A stretch of 32,823 bases of DNA from Limnohabitans sp. (GTDB lineage: Bacteria > Pseudomonadota > Gammaproteobacteria > Burkholderiales > Burkholderiaceae_C), in NCBI GenBank assembly GCA_044349465.1, contig JBIKQY010000001.1, positions 1 through 32,823 on the forward strand. The letters run 5' to 3'. The notes beneath the pieces are model-generated. The model searched no databases. It had not been told where the DNA came from and worked only from the letters and a program-made list of their open reading frames with translations. A program made the translations under genes and the position numbers. Positions 19,945 through 29,969 of this stretch are shown here, piece after piece. Each line of letters begins with the position of its first letter. The stretch's first letter is position 1.

Positions 19945-20664
19945 TCAGTGGTCCGCGTTGACGATCAGCAGCAGCGCGTCGCGATCGAGCACCACCAAGC
20001 CGCCCGGCTCGATGCGGATGATCAGCTCGCGCTCCATTTGCTTGAGCTCCTGGTTCACGCGTTGGCGTGATGCGCCCAGCAATTGCGCCAGTTCTTCCTG
20101 TGCCAGTTGCAAGCTGATGCGGATCGCTTTGGCGTCCGACAAACTGGGCACGCCGTAGCTGCGCAGCAAGTGGTTGAGTTGCTTGGCCAAGCGCGCACGC
20201 AAGGGCAGGGTGTTGAGGTCTTCCACCAAGCCGTAGAGCTGGCGAATGCGCCGGGCATGCAGGCGCAGCATGGCGTCGTAAAACTCGACGTGCTGCGTCA
20301 GGATTTTCTTGAAGTCGGCCTTGGCCACGTTCAGCGTGGTGGTCTCGCCGTGTGCATAGCAGTCGTGCGTGCGCCGGTCCCCGTCGAAGATCGAGACATC
20401 GCCAAACCAGATGCCCGGCTCCACATAGGTCAAAGTGATTTGCTTGCCCGACACCGAGGTCGAGCTCACGCGCACCGCGCCCTTGGCACAGGCGATCCAC
20501 TGCTCGGGCGGGTCGCCCCGTGCCGCGAGCATGTCGCCATCTTTGTGTCGTTTGACGTAAGCGCATCGAAGTATGTCGTGTCGAAGTGAAGGTGAAAGGC
20601 TAGAGAACCAGCGACCACTGTTGATCGCCTCTCTTTCCTCCATTGTCAGAATCGGTTCGTCCAT
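19945..20664 (-). CDS. Crp/Fnr family transcriptional regulator
   Basis: cNMP-binding barrel (WFGDVSIFDGDRRTHD) and wHTH (LAQEELAQLLGASRQRVNQEL). RBS AAGGA. Confidence 0.92.
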   Translation of the reverse strand: MDEPILTMEEREAINSGRWFSSLSPSLRHDILRCAYVKRHKDGDMLAARGDPPEQWIACAKGAVRVSSTSVSGKQITLTYVEPGIWFGDVSIFDGDRRTHDCYAHGETTTLNVAKADFKKILTQHVEFYDAMLRLHARRIRQLYGLVEDLNTLPLRARLAKQLNHLLRSYGVPSLSDAKAIRISLQLAQEELAQLLGASRQRVNQELKQMERELIIRIEPGGLVVLDRDALLLIVNADH

Positions 20665-20721
20665 GCTCTGTCCTTTGAGTGACTGATGATCGGATTTTTG
20701 TCGCCTGGGGGACCAGTCGCT

Positions 20722-21501
20722 TTATTCGTATTTGGGGTTTTGCTTGTTCAAAAACGCACCAATGCCAATACCGGCGTTCGGGTGATGCAGGTTTTTGACA
20801 AATGCATTGCGTTCACGCGCCAGTTGGGCATTCAAGTTGCTGCCATCCGCGTCGCTGAGCAGCTCCTTGATGCTGGCCAGTGCGTTGGGTGCGCGGGCGT
20901 TGAGCTGTTCGCAAAGCGCCAAGGCTTGCTGCAAGGCTTGCCCTGCATCCGCGAGTCGATTGACCACACCCAATTGCTGCAAACGTTCGGCACTGATGCG
21001 CTCGCCGCACATCAGCAGCTCGGTGGCCAACTGGCGTGGCACGGCGCGCGACAGGCTCCAGCTGCCGCCACCGTCGGGCGACAAAGCAATCGAGCTGTAG
21101 GCCATCACGAACACGCTGTTGCGTGCGGCCACGATCATGTCGCAAGCCAGGGCCAGCGAAAAACCGGCACCAGCCGCAGGGCCTTCGACAGCCGCGATCA
21201 CGGGCTTGGGAAAGGTGCGGATGGCTTCGATCCAGTTGTGCAGGCCTTCGATGCTTTGCGCCTGGTGCTCGGGCGGCAATTGGCGGTTGTTTTGCAGGCG
21301 CTGCAAATTGCCGCCCGCGCTGAAGATGCCGTTGGCCCCGGTGATGACGACGCTGCGCACATCGGCACTCGATTCGGCCACGCTCAGGGCTTCGACCCCG
21401 GCGGCGTACATCTCGGGCCCAAGTGCGTTGCGAAACTCCGGATTGCTGAGGGTCAGGATGAGGGTCTGTCCTTCGCTGGTGCTGAGCAGTTGGGCGGTCA
21501 T
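20722..21501 (-). CDS. Enoyl-CoA hydratase/isomerase family protein (crotonase; oxepin-CoA hydrolase-like)
   Basis: FSAGGNL, PKPVIAAVEGPAAGAGFSLALACD, LSPDGG. Confidence 0.88.
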   Translation of the reverse strand: MTAQLLSTSEGQTLILTLSNPEFRNALGPEMYAAGVEALSVAESSADVRSVVITGANGIFSAGGNLQRLQNNRQLPPEHQAQSIEGLHNWIEAIRTFPKPVIAAVEGPAAGAGFSLALACDMIVAARNSVFVMAYSSIALSPDGGGSWSLSRAVPRQLATELLMCGERISAERLQQLGVVNRLADAGQALQQALALCEQLNARAPNALASIKELLSDADGSNLNAQLARERNAFVKNLHHPNAGIGIGAFLNKQNPKYE

Positions 21502-21518
21502 ATTTTATTAATCAGTTG

Positions 21519-21590
21519 GGGACAGAGCTAAAGATCTGTCCCGCAAAGTCATTCAGATCGGGACAGAGCTAAAGATCTGTCCCGCAAAGT
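21519..21590. repeat. Two exact 31-bp direct repeats, each a hairpin
   Basis: GGGACAGAGCTAAAGATCTGTCCCGCAAAGT at 21519-21549 and 21560-21590; internal stem GGGACAGA/TCTGTCCC. Confidence 0.95.
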
Positions 21591-21592
21591 TA

Positions 21593-23113
21593 TTATTCTT
21601 CAGTGTGCATGAGCGACAGGCCAATCGCCCCACGGCGGCGCAGCCAAGGGCTGGGGCGGTAACGCATGTCGCCGTAAACGGTTTGCATGTTGAACAGCAC
21701 TTCGAGGATGCTGTCCGGGCCAAAGCGGTTGCCCATGGCCAATGGCCCCAGCGGGTAGGCCAGGCCCAGCGTGACGGCGGTTTCGAGGTCTTGCGGGCTG
21801 CAGATGCGTTGCTGGCAGATGTCTGAGGCGATGTTGACGATGGTGGCCACCACGCGCTGTGTGACAAAGCCGCCACTGTCACGGATGACCGACACGGCTT
21901 TGCCGTCGCGGGCAAACAGGGCGTGCGCCGCGTCGCGCATGTCGGCGCGAGTAGCGGGGTTGGTGGCCAGGACGCGCCGTTTGGTGGCGGCGTCGTTGAC
22001 CAGCATGTCAATGCCCACCGTGCGGGCTGGGTCCAGGCGTTCAACCACGGCCACGGTGGTGATGTCAAAGCCCAGCGGGGCGACGATGGTCAGCGCTTCG
22101 GGGGAGGGCGATGCGCCGGTTTCGATTTTGGCACCCAGGTCTTTGAGCAGCTGCAGCAATTCCACGCGGCGCGCTGCGCGGGGCGAGACCCACACGGGCG
22201 GTATGTTGTCGACCACGGGCACGGGCGGCTCGGCAGGCACTTGGGCTGCGCCGTCCACGTATTTGTAGAAGCCTTCGCCCACTTTTTTGCCCACAACACC
22301 ACCGGCCAAGCGCTGGGCGGTGATCACATTGGGGCGGTAGCGGGGCTCTTCGTAGTACTGGTGGTAAATGGCTTCAATGACGTGGTGCGACACATCAAGC
22401 GCCGTCAGGTCAAACAACTCGAAGGGTCCAAGTTTGAAGCCGACCTGGTCACGCAGGATCCGGTCAATGGTGGCGAAATCGGCGATGCCCTCGCTCACGA
22501 TGCGCAGCGCCTCAGTGCCGTAACCGCGCCCGGCGTGGTTGACGATGAAGCCGGGTGTGTCTTGCGCCTGCACGGGCGTGTGGCCCATCTGGCGGGCAAA
22601 CTCGGTCAGCCGCTCACACACAGCCGGATCGGTTTTGAGGCCCGCGATCACCTCAACCACCTTCATCAGGGGTACAGGGTTGAAGAAGTGGTAACCGGCA
22701 AACTGGCCGGGGCGCTGCAAAGCGGCGGCAATGGCGGTCACCGACAGCGACGAGGTGTTGGTCGCCAGCACGGCTGTGGCGGGCAGCACTTTTTCAAGTT
22801 CAGTGAACAGGTTTTTCTTGATGTCGATTTTCTCGACGATGGCTTCGACCACCAAATCGCAGTTGGCCAAGTCTTGCAGTGTGGCTGCACCCAGCAGGCG
22901 GCTTTTGTGAGCGGCTACAGCTTCGGCCGTCAGGCGGCCTTTTTCCTGCAGCTTGTCCCATTGCTGGAACACGGCGTCACGTGCTTTGGCGATGGCTTCG
23001 GGTTGCGTGTCGTACAGCCAGACCTGGCTGCCTGCTTGGGCTGCGATCTGGGCAATGCCGCGCCCCATGGCGCCGGCGCCGATGACGGCGATTTGGGTGA
23101 ATGCAAGGGTCAT
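21593..23113 (-). CDS. 3-hydroxyacyl-CoA dehydrogenase (long PaaH-like form)
   Basis: GAGAMGRG, VEAIVE, TNTSSLS, HFFNPVPLMKVVE, DTPGFIVN, duplicated C-terminal domain. Start reset to ATG 23113. Confidence 0.92.
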   Translation of the reverse strand: MTLAFTQIAVIGAGAMGRGIAQIAAQAGSQVWLYDTQPEAIAKARDAVFQQWDKLQEKGRLTAEAVAAHKSRLLGAATLQDLANCDLVVEAIVEKIDIKKNLFTELEKVLPATAVLATNTSSLSVTAIAAALQRPGQFAGYHFFNPVPLMKVVEVIAGLKTDPAVCERLTEFARQMGHTPVQAQDTPGFIVNHAGRGYGTEALRIVSEGIADFATIDRILRDQVGFKLGPFELFDLTALDVSHHVIEAIYHQYYEEPRYRPNVITAQRLAGGVVGKKVGEGFYKYVDGAAQVPAEPPVPVVDNIPPVWVSPRAARRVELLQLLKDLGAKIETGASPSPEALTIVAPLGFDITTVAVVERLDPARTVGIDMLVNDAATKRRVLATNPATRADMRDAAHALFARDGKAVSVIRDSGGFVTQRVVATIVNIASDICQQRICSPQDLETAVTLGLAYPLGPLAMGNRFGPDSILEVLFNMQTVYGDMRYRPSPWLRRRGAIGLSLMHTEE

Positions 23114-23247
23114 GTTAAATGTGTCAATACAAGGCACAAGGCCGGGTGGCGTGGTGGTCTGGCCGTGTTGAGCTTGGCCTGTGCAGGCCGGACGACCAAG
23201 GGGGGATTATGGCTTCAGTGCACCAGGGGCATTGGCATGGCGGGTCA

Positions 23248-24255
23248 TCAACGTCGCACCTGCAAGGCACCTGGGTTGACGATGTTGGTGGGCGTGCCCT
23301 TGATGAAGTTGATGACATTGTCAAACGCCGCGCCGAAATACAGCTCATAGCTGTCTTTTTCGACATAGCCAATGTGGGGCGTGCAAATGCAGTTTTCCAG
23401 CCGCAGCAAGGCAGAGCCTTGCAAGATCGGTTCGGACTCGAACACGTCGACAGCGGCCATGCCGGGACGTCCCCGGTTGAGGGCACCGATCAGGGCATTG
23501 GTTTCGACCAACTCGGCGCGCGAGGTGTTGACGAGCAAGGAGGTGGGTTTCATGAGCCCCAGGTCATCGCTGGTGACGATGCCCGTGGTGGCTTCACTCA
23601 GCCGTAGGTGCAAGGAAAGCACGTCCGAGCTCTGAAAGAAGGCTTCTCGGCTGGTGGCGGCGGCATGCCCGTCCTTGACGGCGCGTACACGCGATTCGTC
23701 ACTGCCCCAGATTTGCACATGCATGCCAAAAGCTTTGCCGTAGCCCGCCACCAGTTGGCCGATTTTGCCGTAGCCCCAGATGCCCAGGGTTTTGCCTTTG
23801 AGCACGGTGCCCAGTCCAAAGTTGGCCGGCATCGAGCTGGATTTGAGGCCCGATTGCTGCCATGCCCCATGCTTGAGACTGCTGATGTATTGCGGCAACC
23901 TGCGGGTGGCCGCCATCACCAGCGCCCAGGTCAGTTCAGCGGGTGCGATGGGTGAGCCCACACCTTCGGCCACGGCCACACCGCGTTCGGTGCAGGCCGC
24001 CAAGTCGATGTTGCTGCCCACACGGCCAGTCTGAGCGATCATTTTGAGACGGGGCAGCTTCTCGATCAGGGCGCGATTGAGGCCGGTGCGTTCGCGGATC
24101 AAGACAATCACATCGGCGTCTTTGAGTCGAACCGACAACTGACCAATGCCTTTGACAGTGTTGGTGTAGACCTTGGCCGGATAGTTCTCGAGTTTGGCAG
24201 CGCAGTCGAGTTTGCGGACGACATCCTGGTAGTCGTCAAGGATCACAATGTTCAT
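23248..24255 (-). CDS. D-2-hydroxyacid dehydrogenase family protein (SerA-like)
   Basis: GIWGYGKIG, VNTSRA, DVFESEP, TPHIGY. Start ATG 24255 preferred over 24264. Confidence 0.9.
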   Translation of the reverse strand: MNIVILDDYQDVVRKLDCAAKLENYPAKVYTNTVKGIGQLSVRLKDADVIVLIRERTGLNRALIEKLPRLKMIAQTGRVGSNIDLAACTERGVAVAEGVGSPIAPAELTWALVMAATRRLPQYISSLKHGAWQQSGLKSSSMPANFGLGTVLKGKTLGIWGYGKIGQLVAGYGKAFGMHVQIWGSDESRVRAVKDGHAAATSREAFFQSSDVLSLHLRLSEATTGIVTSDDLGLMKPTSLLVNTSRAELVETNALIGALNRGRPGMAAVDVFESEPILQGSALLRLENCICTPHIGYVEKDSYELYFGAAFDNVINFIKGTPTNIVNPGALQVRR

Positions 24256-24390
24256 GTTCGCCATTGTGCCTTGTCAGGTGCCCGACTTGAAGCTGGCAGG
24301 CACACATAAGTGCTGCTTTGAGGGCGGCGCTTGCGCCAGGCCAAGCGCCGCAGCGAACTCAGCCATGTCAGCGCAAGCCATAGGCAAGCT

Positions 24391-24714
24391 TCAGGCAGGC
24401 CGTCGGCGCGCTTCCATGGCCACCAGGCGATCGAGTTCGGCGCAGACGTCGGCCATGCGCCCTGAGATCACCATGCGCCCTGCGCCTGCCGAACATTGAC
24501 CACTTTCATGGACATGGACGACACGCAGGCTGGGGCGGCGTTGTGACACTTGGGTCTTGCTGTGGGATGGCTGGGCGCAAGGCGTGGACCGAACGGCCCA
24601 TTCCGGGTGCAGTCGCACAGCTGGCCTTTTTGGCAAAGCCTGCGAGTGGGTGCTGGTGGTGAAGGATTGCAGGTTCTTGAAGAGACCTGAAAGAGCAAGC
24701 AGAGCGATTCCCAT
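24391..24714 (-). CDS. Hypothetical protein (107 aa) directly downstream of lexA
   Basis: ATG 24714 with GAAAGG RBS. Hydrophobic N-terminus MGIALLALSGLF, low-complexity middle, compact C-terminus LRVVHV...GRMVISGRMADVCAELDRL. Confidence 0.7.
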   Translation of the reverse strand: MGIALLALSGLFKNLQSFTTSTHSQALPKRPAVRLHPEWAVRSTPCAQPSHSKTQVSQRRPSLRVVHVHESGQCSAGAGRMVISGRMADVCAELDRLVAMEARRRPA

Positions 24715-24825
24715 GTGAAACCTTTCAAAAGCATGGAGGTTGGACACAGGCAGGATTGAGAATGGAAGTCGCTCGCTTCAGGGCTGATGAACAGCGCCCG
24801 CCACCTGAGGCTGCGACTGAAAACG

Positions 24826-25497
24826 TCACATGACGAAACTGTTGCGGATCAGGCCCACGGCCAGGCCTTCAATGTCAAAGGGCTCGCCGGGGTTGACCAC
24901 GATGGTTGGGTAGTCGGGGTTTTCGGGCAGCAGTTCGATGCCGGAGGCGGTTTTGTGCAGACGTTTGACCGTGACGTCGTCGCCCAAGCGGGCCACCACG
25001 ATCTGGCCGTTGCGCACTTCCTTGGTGGCTTTGACGGCCAACAAGTCGCCGTCCATGATCCCAGCATCACGCATGGACATGCCGCGCACCCGCAGCAAAT
25101 AGTCCGGTTGCTGGGCAAACAGGCTGCTTTCAACCTGGTAGCTTCGGTCAACGTGTTCTTGCGCCAGGATGGGCGAGCCCGCAGCCACGCGCCCCACCAA
25201 AGGCAGGCACAGCTGACCCAAGCCGGGCAGACTCAGGCTGAACAAATCAGAAGGCGCGCGTGGGCTGCTGCGCGAGCTGCCTTTGAGGCGAATGCCACGC
25301 GAGGTGCCACTGACCAGCTCGATGGCACCTTTGCGGGCTAGGGCCTTGAGGTGTTCTTCCGCCGCGTTGGCCGATTTGAAGCCGAGCACGCTGGCAATTT
25401 CGGCGCGGGTAGGGGGCGCGCCGGTGTTGGCGATGGTGTTCTGGATCAGTTCCAGAATTTCTTGTTGGCGGGCGGTGAGCTTGGGGCTGTCGGTCAT
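24826..25497 (-). CDS. lexA: SOS repressor LexA
   Basis: [30 protein letters not shown], Ala-Gly cleavage site VAAGSP, catalytic GMSM and TVKR. RBS AGGAG. Confidence 0.97.
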   Translation of the reverse strand: MTDSPKLTARQQEILELIQNTIANTGAPPTRAEIASVLGFKSANAAEEHLKALARKGAIELVSGTSRGIRLKGSSRSSPRAPSDLFSLSLPGLGQLCLPLVGRVAAGSPILAQEHVDRSYQVESSLFAQQPDYLLRVRGMSMRDAGIMDGDLLAVKATKEVRNGQIVVARLGDDVTVKRLHKTASGIELLPENPDYPTIVVNPGEPFDIEGLAVGLIRNSFVM

Positions 25498-25522
25498 GGC
25501 GGTCTCCTGGTGGGGACTGGGG

Positions 25523-25538
25523 CTGTTGTTTCATCCAG
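25523..25538. promoter_or_regulatory. LexA operator (SOS box), proximal
   Basis: CTGTTGTTTCATCCAG = CTG-N10-CAG, 25 bp upstream of lexA. Confidence 0.7.
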
Positions 25539-25541
25539 TGA

Positions 25542-25557
25542 CTGTATTTTTAAACAG
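25542..25557. promoter_or_regulatory. LexA operator (SOS box), distal
   Basis: CTGTATTTTTAAACAG = CTGT-N8-ACAG with an AT-rich core. Confidence 0.9.
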
Positions 25558-25751
25558 TTTTCCTGGTTGTGCAAGCTTGCCATGCAAAAAAGTCTGAAAT
25601 TGAACAAGAAATGGTGGGGCCGAGGTGAGGCCTAGTGAGGGCACTGAGGGTCTTTCACGGTCGAGCACCGCTGCGGGTCACTGTGCCCGATCAGCGCGAG
25701 GCAGCACCCTGTCTAACGGTGTGCTCAAAGTTAAGGTGTGTCGTACACCAA

Positions 25752-25781
25752 CAACAAAGCCCCTGAAAAGGGGCTTTGTTG
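25752..25781. terminator. Intrinsic terminator downstream of adk, possibly bidirectional
   Basis: Perfect 13-bp stem CAACAAAGCCCCT-GAAA-AGGGGCTTTGTTG. Confidence 0.85.
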
Positions 25782-25812
25782 GTCCGTGCAGCCTGTTGCT
25801 GCGAGAGGCGGC

Positions 25813-26478
<666 letters not shown>

Positions 26479-26575
26479 TTATCGCTTGTCATGGAGTGGG
26501 TCTGCCGGGTCTCGATGGGGCCCATGGAATGGCAGACAACTGCAGTGAGAATATCACGCGAGGCTCAAACTTGGC

Positions 26576-27379
26576 TTACACCCCAAGCAAGGCGCGAACA
26601 CGTTGTAAATCTTCAGGTGTGTCGACCCCAGGACCCGGGGCTTGGTCGGTGGTGTGCACGGCAATGCGGTGGCCGTGCCAGAGGGCGCGCAGCTGCTCCA
26701 GCGACTCCAGCTGCTCAATGGGGGACGGGGAAAGCTGTGGAAACTGCGCCAAAAAGCCGGCGCGGTAGGCGTAAATGCCCACATGACGCAGGGGAGGGGG
26801 GCTGGGCAGCTCGGTGAAGGGGATGCTGCCCGGGTCCGAGTTTAGAGGGGCACTTTGCCCATCGCGCCACCAAGGGATGGGCGCGCGGCTGAAGTAAAGC
26901 GCCATCTGTCGGGCATCCGTGACCACTTTGACCACATTCGGATTGCAGAAGTCGGTCGGCTGGCGGATGGCGTGGGCGGCTGTGCTCATGCTGGCTTCTG
27001 GCCGGTCGATGAGCAGCTGCGCTACCTGGTTGATGAGCTCGGGCTCAATCAGCGGTTCATCCCCTTGGACGTTGACCACAACAGCCTCGTCTTTCAGGCC
27101 TAGCAGCTGACAGGCTTGTGCCAAGCGGTCGCTGCCGCTGACATGGTCCTGGCTTGTCAAGAGGGCTTGCACGCCATGGGCCGCGCAGACGGTCACGATG
27201 CGTTCGTCATCGGCAGCCACCACCACTTGGCCGGCGTTTGACAGCATGGCGCGCTGGGCCACCCGCACCACCATGGGCAATCCGGCGATGTCGGCCAGGG
27301 GTTTGTTCGGCAGTCGGCTGGACGCCATGCGCGCGGGGATCAGGACGGTGAAGTGGCCTTGGGGAGGTACCTGACGCAT
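26576..27379 (-). CDS. kdsB: 3-deoxy-manno-octulosonate cytidylyltransferase
   Basis: [52 protein letters not shown]. Confidence 0.96.
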   Translation of the reverse strand: MRQVPPQGHFTVLIPARMASSRLPNKPLADIAGLPMVVRVAQRAMLSNAGQVVVAADDERIVTVCAAHGVQALLTSQDHVSGSDRLAQACQLLGLKDEAVVVNVQGDEPLIEPELINQVAQLLIDRPEASMSTAAHAIRQPTDFCNPNVVKVVTDARQMALYFSRAPIPWWRDGQSAPLNSDPGSIPFTELPSPPPLRHVGIYAYRAGFLAQFPQLSPSPIEQLESLEQLRALWHGHRIAVHTTDQAPGPGVDTPEDLQRVRALLGV

Positions 27380-27389
27380 GCCAGTTCTT

Positions 27390-27596
27390 TCAGAGCGGGG
27401 GGCGCAAAGCGGCCAGTTTTTCGATTTCCTCGTCGCTCAAGGTGCGCGCTTCGTTTTCAAGCAGGATGGGAATGCCCTTGCGCACGGGGTAAGCCAAGCG
27501 GGCGCTGCGCGAGAGCAACTCCTGGGTCTCGCGGTCAAAGTCCAGCGGTCCTTTGGTGACCGGGCAGACCAGCAGTTCAAGCAGTTTGGTGTCCAT
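27390..27596 (-). CDS. ycaR: Trm112-like protein (YcaR/UPF0434)
   Basis: [18 protein letters not shown]...[13 protein letters not shown], in its usual position between lpxK and kdsB. Start reset to ATG 27596. Confidence 0.92.
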   Translation of the reverse strand: MDTKLLELLVCPVTKGPLDFDRETQELLSRSARLAYPVRKGIPILLENEARTLSDEEIEKLAALRPPL

Positions 27597-27655
27597 GGGG
27601 GCAATGATAACGGTGCAAGCCTCGCCAAGCAGTGGCAGCAGCTGCCCGCAAGCTG

Positions 27656-27700
27656 TCAGCTGCAAGGATTTCAGCTGCAAGGATTTCAGCGGAAGGGTTT
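27656..27700. repeat. 15-bp tandem repeat at the lpxK stop
   Basis: TCAGCTGCAAGGATT twice (27656-27685) plus a degenerate TCAGCGGAAGGGTTT. Confidence 0.85.
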
Positions 27701-28678
27701 TTCTGCCAAACGCTGGTCCAGCGCCTGCCAAAACGCGTCTTCGGGCGTCAGCACCAAGGGCACAGCCAAGGCCCGGGGCTGGTGCTGCCAGAGCTTGGCC
27801 GCGTCTTTCTCGGTGCACAGCAAGGGGCGGTCTGTGGCCGCTGGCGCGCCATGCGCATAGTCAAAATGATCGGGCAAAGCGGTGGTGTGCTGCAGTTGCA
27901 GACCAACTGCGCGCAGCATGGCAAAAAATGCCTCAGGGCGGGCCAGACCGGCGACCGCATCGACGGGCTGACCGATCAGGCTGACCAAAGCCAGGCTGCG
28001 GCCTTGTGCATCGTGCGCCATCGGGTCCAATTGGCGCTGCGCCTGAAAGCCGCCCGGCAAGTCATTGGGGCCGGTGTGCAGCAGCAAGTCCACCGACCGG
28101 GGCCAAGGTTCGCGCAAAGGTCCGGCCGGCAATAACCAGCCATTGCCCACCCCCCGCTCGTCCATGACGCAAATTTCCAGGTCCCGCGCCAGTGCCCAGT
28201 GCTGCAGGCCGTCGTCGCACACCAACACATTGACATCGGGGTGCGCTTGCAGCAAGCCACGCCCGGCCTCTGCCCGCATGGCCGCCACCCAGACGGGGAC
28301 GCCGGTTTTTTGACGGATCAGCAAGGGCTCGTCGCCCACCTCGTTGGGCAGGCTGTCGGGCATGACAGCGCGGGTGTCGCGCGTCTTGCGGCCATGGCCG
28401 CGAGAAATCACACCCACATGCCAGCCCCGTTGCTGCAAATGCTGCACCAAGGCCATGGTCAAGGGGGTTTTGCCTGCACCGCCTGCCACCACGTTGCCCA
28501 CGACGATCACCGGCACGGGTAGACGATGGGCTTGCCGCCAGCCCCAGTGCCATGCCAGGGCTCTGGCCCTGAGCAAAGCGGCATGCACCCAGGAGACGGG
28601 CAGCAACAGCCAAGCAAGCAGTCCTTTATAAGTCCAGACCCTTGGCAATTGCTGGTGAAGCCAGGCGGACATGCGCAT
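27686..28678 (-). CDS. lpxK: Tetraacyldisaccharide 4'-kinase
   Basis: [46 protein letters not shown]. Confidence 0.96.
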   Translation of the reverse strand: MRMSAWLHQQLPRVWTYKGLLAWLLLPVSWVHAALLRARALAWHWGWRQAHRLPVPVIVVGNVVAGGAGKTPLTMALVQHLQQRGWHVGVISRGHGRKTRDTRAVMPDSLPNEVGDEPLLIRQKTGVPVWVAAMRAEAGRGLLQAHPDVNVLVCDDGLQHWALARDLEICVMDERGVGNGWLLPAGPLREPWPRSVDLLLHTGPNDLPGGFQAQRQLDPMAHDAQGRSLALVSLIGQPVDAVAGLARPEAFFAMLRAVGLQLQHTTALPDHFDYAHGAPAATDRPLLCTEKDAAKLWQHQPRALAVPLVLTPEDAFWQALDQRLAEKPFR

Positions 28679-28684
28679 GAGGTT

Positions 28685-29107
28685 TCAGGAGCCCGAGGGC
28701 TCGGGCGATTGGGTGGCGAAGGTGATTTGCGACAGTCCCGTGCGGCGCGCCGCTTCCATGGCATTGACCACCGATTGGTGGCTGGCCTGCGCATCGGCGC
28801 TGATCACCAAAGTCACTTGTTGGGAGGCCAAGGGGCCCAAAACGGCAGCCAAAGCGCCCACCGAAGTGCCCTCGATGGGGGATTTATTCACCGCATATTG
28901 GCCTTTGGCGTTGACCGACAAGATTATTTGTTGAGGTCTGTTTTTTTGCTTTTGCGCGTCTGCTAAAGGCAAGGTCATGTTGATTTCGGTCAGGCGGGAC
29001 CAGGTCGTGGTGAGCATCAAAAAGATCAGCACCACCAACAAAACATCGATGAAGGGGATGAGGTTGATTTCCGGCTCGGCCGAAGGGGTGCGTTTGCGAA
29101 AGTTCAC
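28685..29107 (-). CDS. exbD: ExbD/TolR family protein
   Basis: EINLIPFIDVLLVVLIFLM with the conserved TM Asp; GTG start. Confidence 0.9.
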   Translation of the reverse strand: MNFRKRTPSAEPEINLIPFIDVLLVVLIFLMLTTTWSRLTEINMTLPLADAQKQKNRPQQIILSVNAKGQYAVNKSPIEGTSVGALAAVLGPLASQQVTLVISADAQASHQSVVNAMEAARRTGLSQITFATQSPEPSGS

Positions 29108-29118
29108 AGCGGACTCGT

Positions 29119-29736
29119 TCAGTGGCGAATGTGGGTCAAGTGACGGGCAAATTGCTCACTGACCATCTCCATCGACAGCAACATGTTGTCCACAAGGGAT
29201 CTGAAGTAGCGCCAAAATATGAGTGCGGGTATGGCCACGATCAGACCAAATGCGGTGTTGTAGAGCGCCACTGAGATACCGTAGGCCAGTTGGGCCGGTT
29301 GACTGGTGCCGGCTGTTTGGGCCGCGAAAATCTCGATCATGCCAATCACGGTACCGAGCAAGCCCAGCAAAGGGGCCGCTGATGCGATGGTGCCCAGGGC
29401 CGTCAGATAACGCTCCAGGTGTTGCCCTGCCAAGCGGCCTGCCATTTCCATGTGGGCCCGGATGTCCTCATCCGAAGCAGCGGGATTTTTTTGCAGGCAG
29501 CGCAGCCCACTGGCCAATACGGGACCTACAGCCCCTTTTTTCTCCAGTTCCAGCAAGCTTTCTTCGGGCGGTACACCGCGCCGGGTGATTTCAACTGCCA
29601 TCTCCAGGGTCTGAGCAGGCATGACTTTGCGAGCTCGCAGCTGAAACAGGCGCTCAATGATCAAGGCCAAAGCCAAAATCGAGCACAAAATCAGCGGCCA
29701 AATGGGCCATCCAGCGGCTTGAATGATGGATAACAA
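29119..29736 (-). CDS. exbB: MotA/TolQ/ExbB proton channel protein
   Basis: APLLGLLGTVIGMI, GISVALYNTAFGLIVAIP. Start reset to TTG 29736 after AAGGA. Confidence 0.9.
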   Translation of the reverse strand: MLSIIQAAGWPIWPLILCSILALALIIERLFQLRARKVMPAQTLEMAVEITRRGVPPEESLLELEKKGAVGPVLASGLRCLQKNPAASDEDIRAHMEMAGRLAGQHLERYLTALGTIASAAPLLGLLGTVIGMIEIFAAQTAGTSQPAQLAYGISVALYNTAFGLIVAIPALIFWRYFRSLVDNMLLSMEMVSEQFARHLTHIRH

Positions 29737-29851
29737 AACAGTTCCTTCTTCGGGAGACAAAGTGACAAAAGCACGTGATTATGGACGATGGCAAGAGCCG
29801 CAGGCCTATTTTCAACACAAGGCCAGGCCGCTTTCAAGAGGTGGGTGGGGT

Positions 29852-29860
29852 TGTGGATAA
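29852..29860 (-). promoter_or_regulatory. Perfect DnaA box TTATCCACA
   Basis: TGTGGATAA on the + strand, with degenerate boxes nearby. Confidence 0.65.
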
Positions 29861-29956
29861 CTTTGTGAAGAAGTCTGGGCTTTGTTGCATTTTTTGAATT
29901 GTTAAGTTTGAAACGTGTTTCTTGATATGTCCATTTGTATTGAAAAAAATCAACTG

Positions 29957-29969
29957 AATCAAAGGCTTA
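29957..29969 (+). promoter_or_regulatory. IHF-binding consensus site
   Basis: AATCAAAGGCTTA matches WATCAANNNNTTR and has an upstream A-tract. Confidence 0.55.

Noticed and set aside
21519-21590. Palindromic 31-bp direct repeats as a CRISPR array
   Set aside because: Only two units, a 10-bp spacer, no leader and no cas genes.
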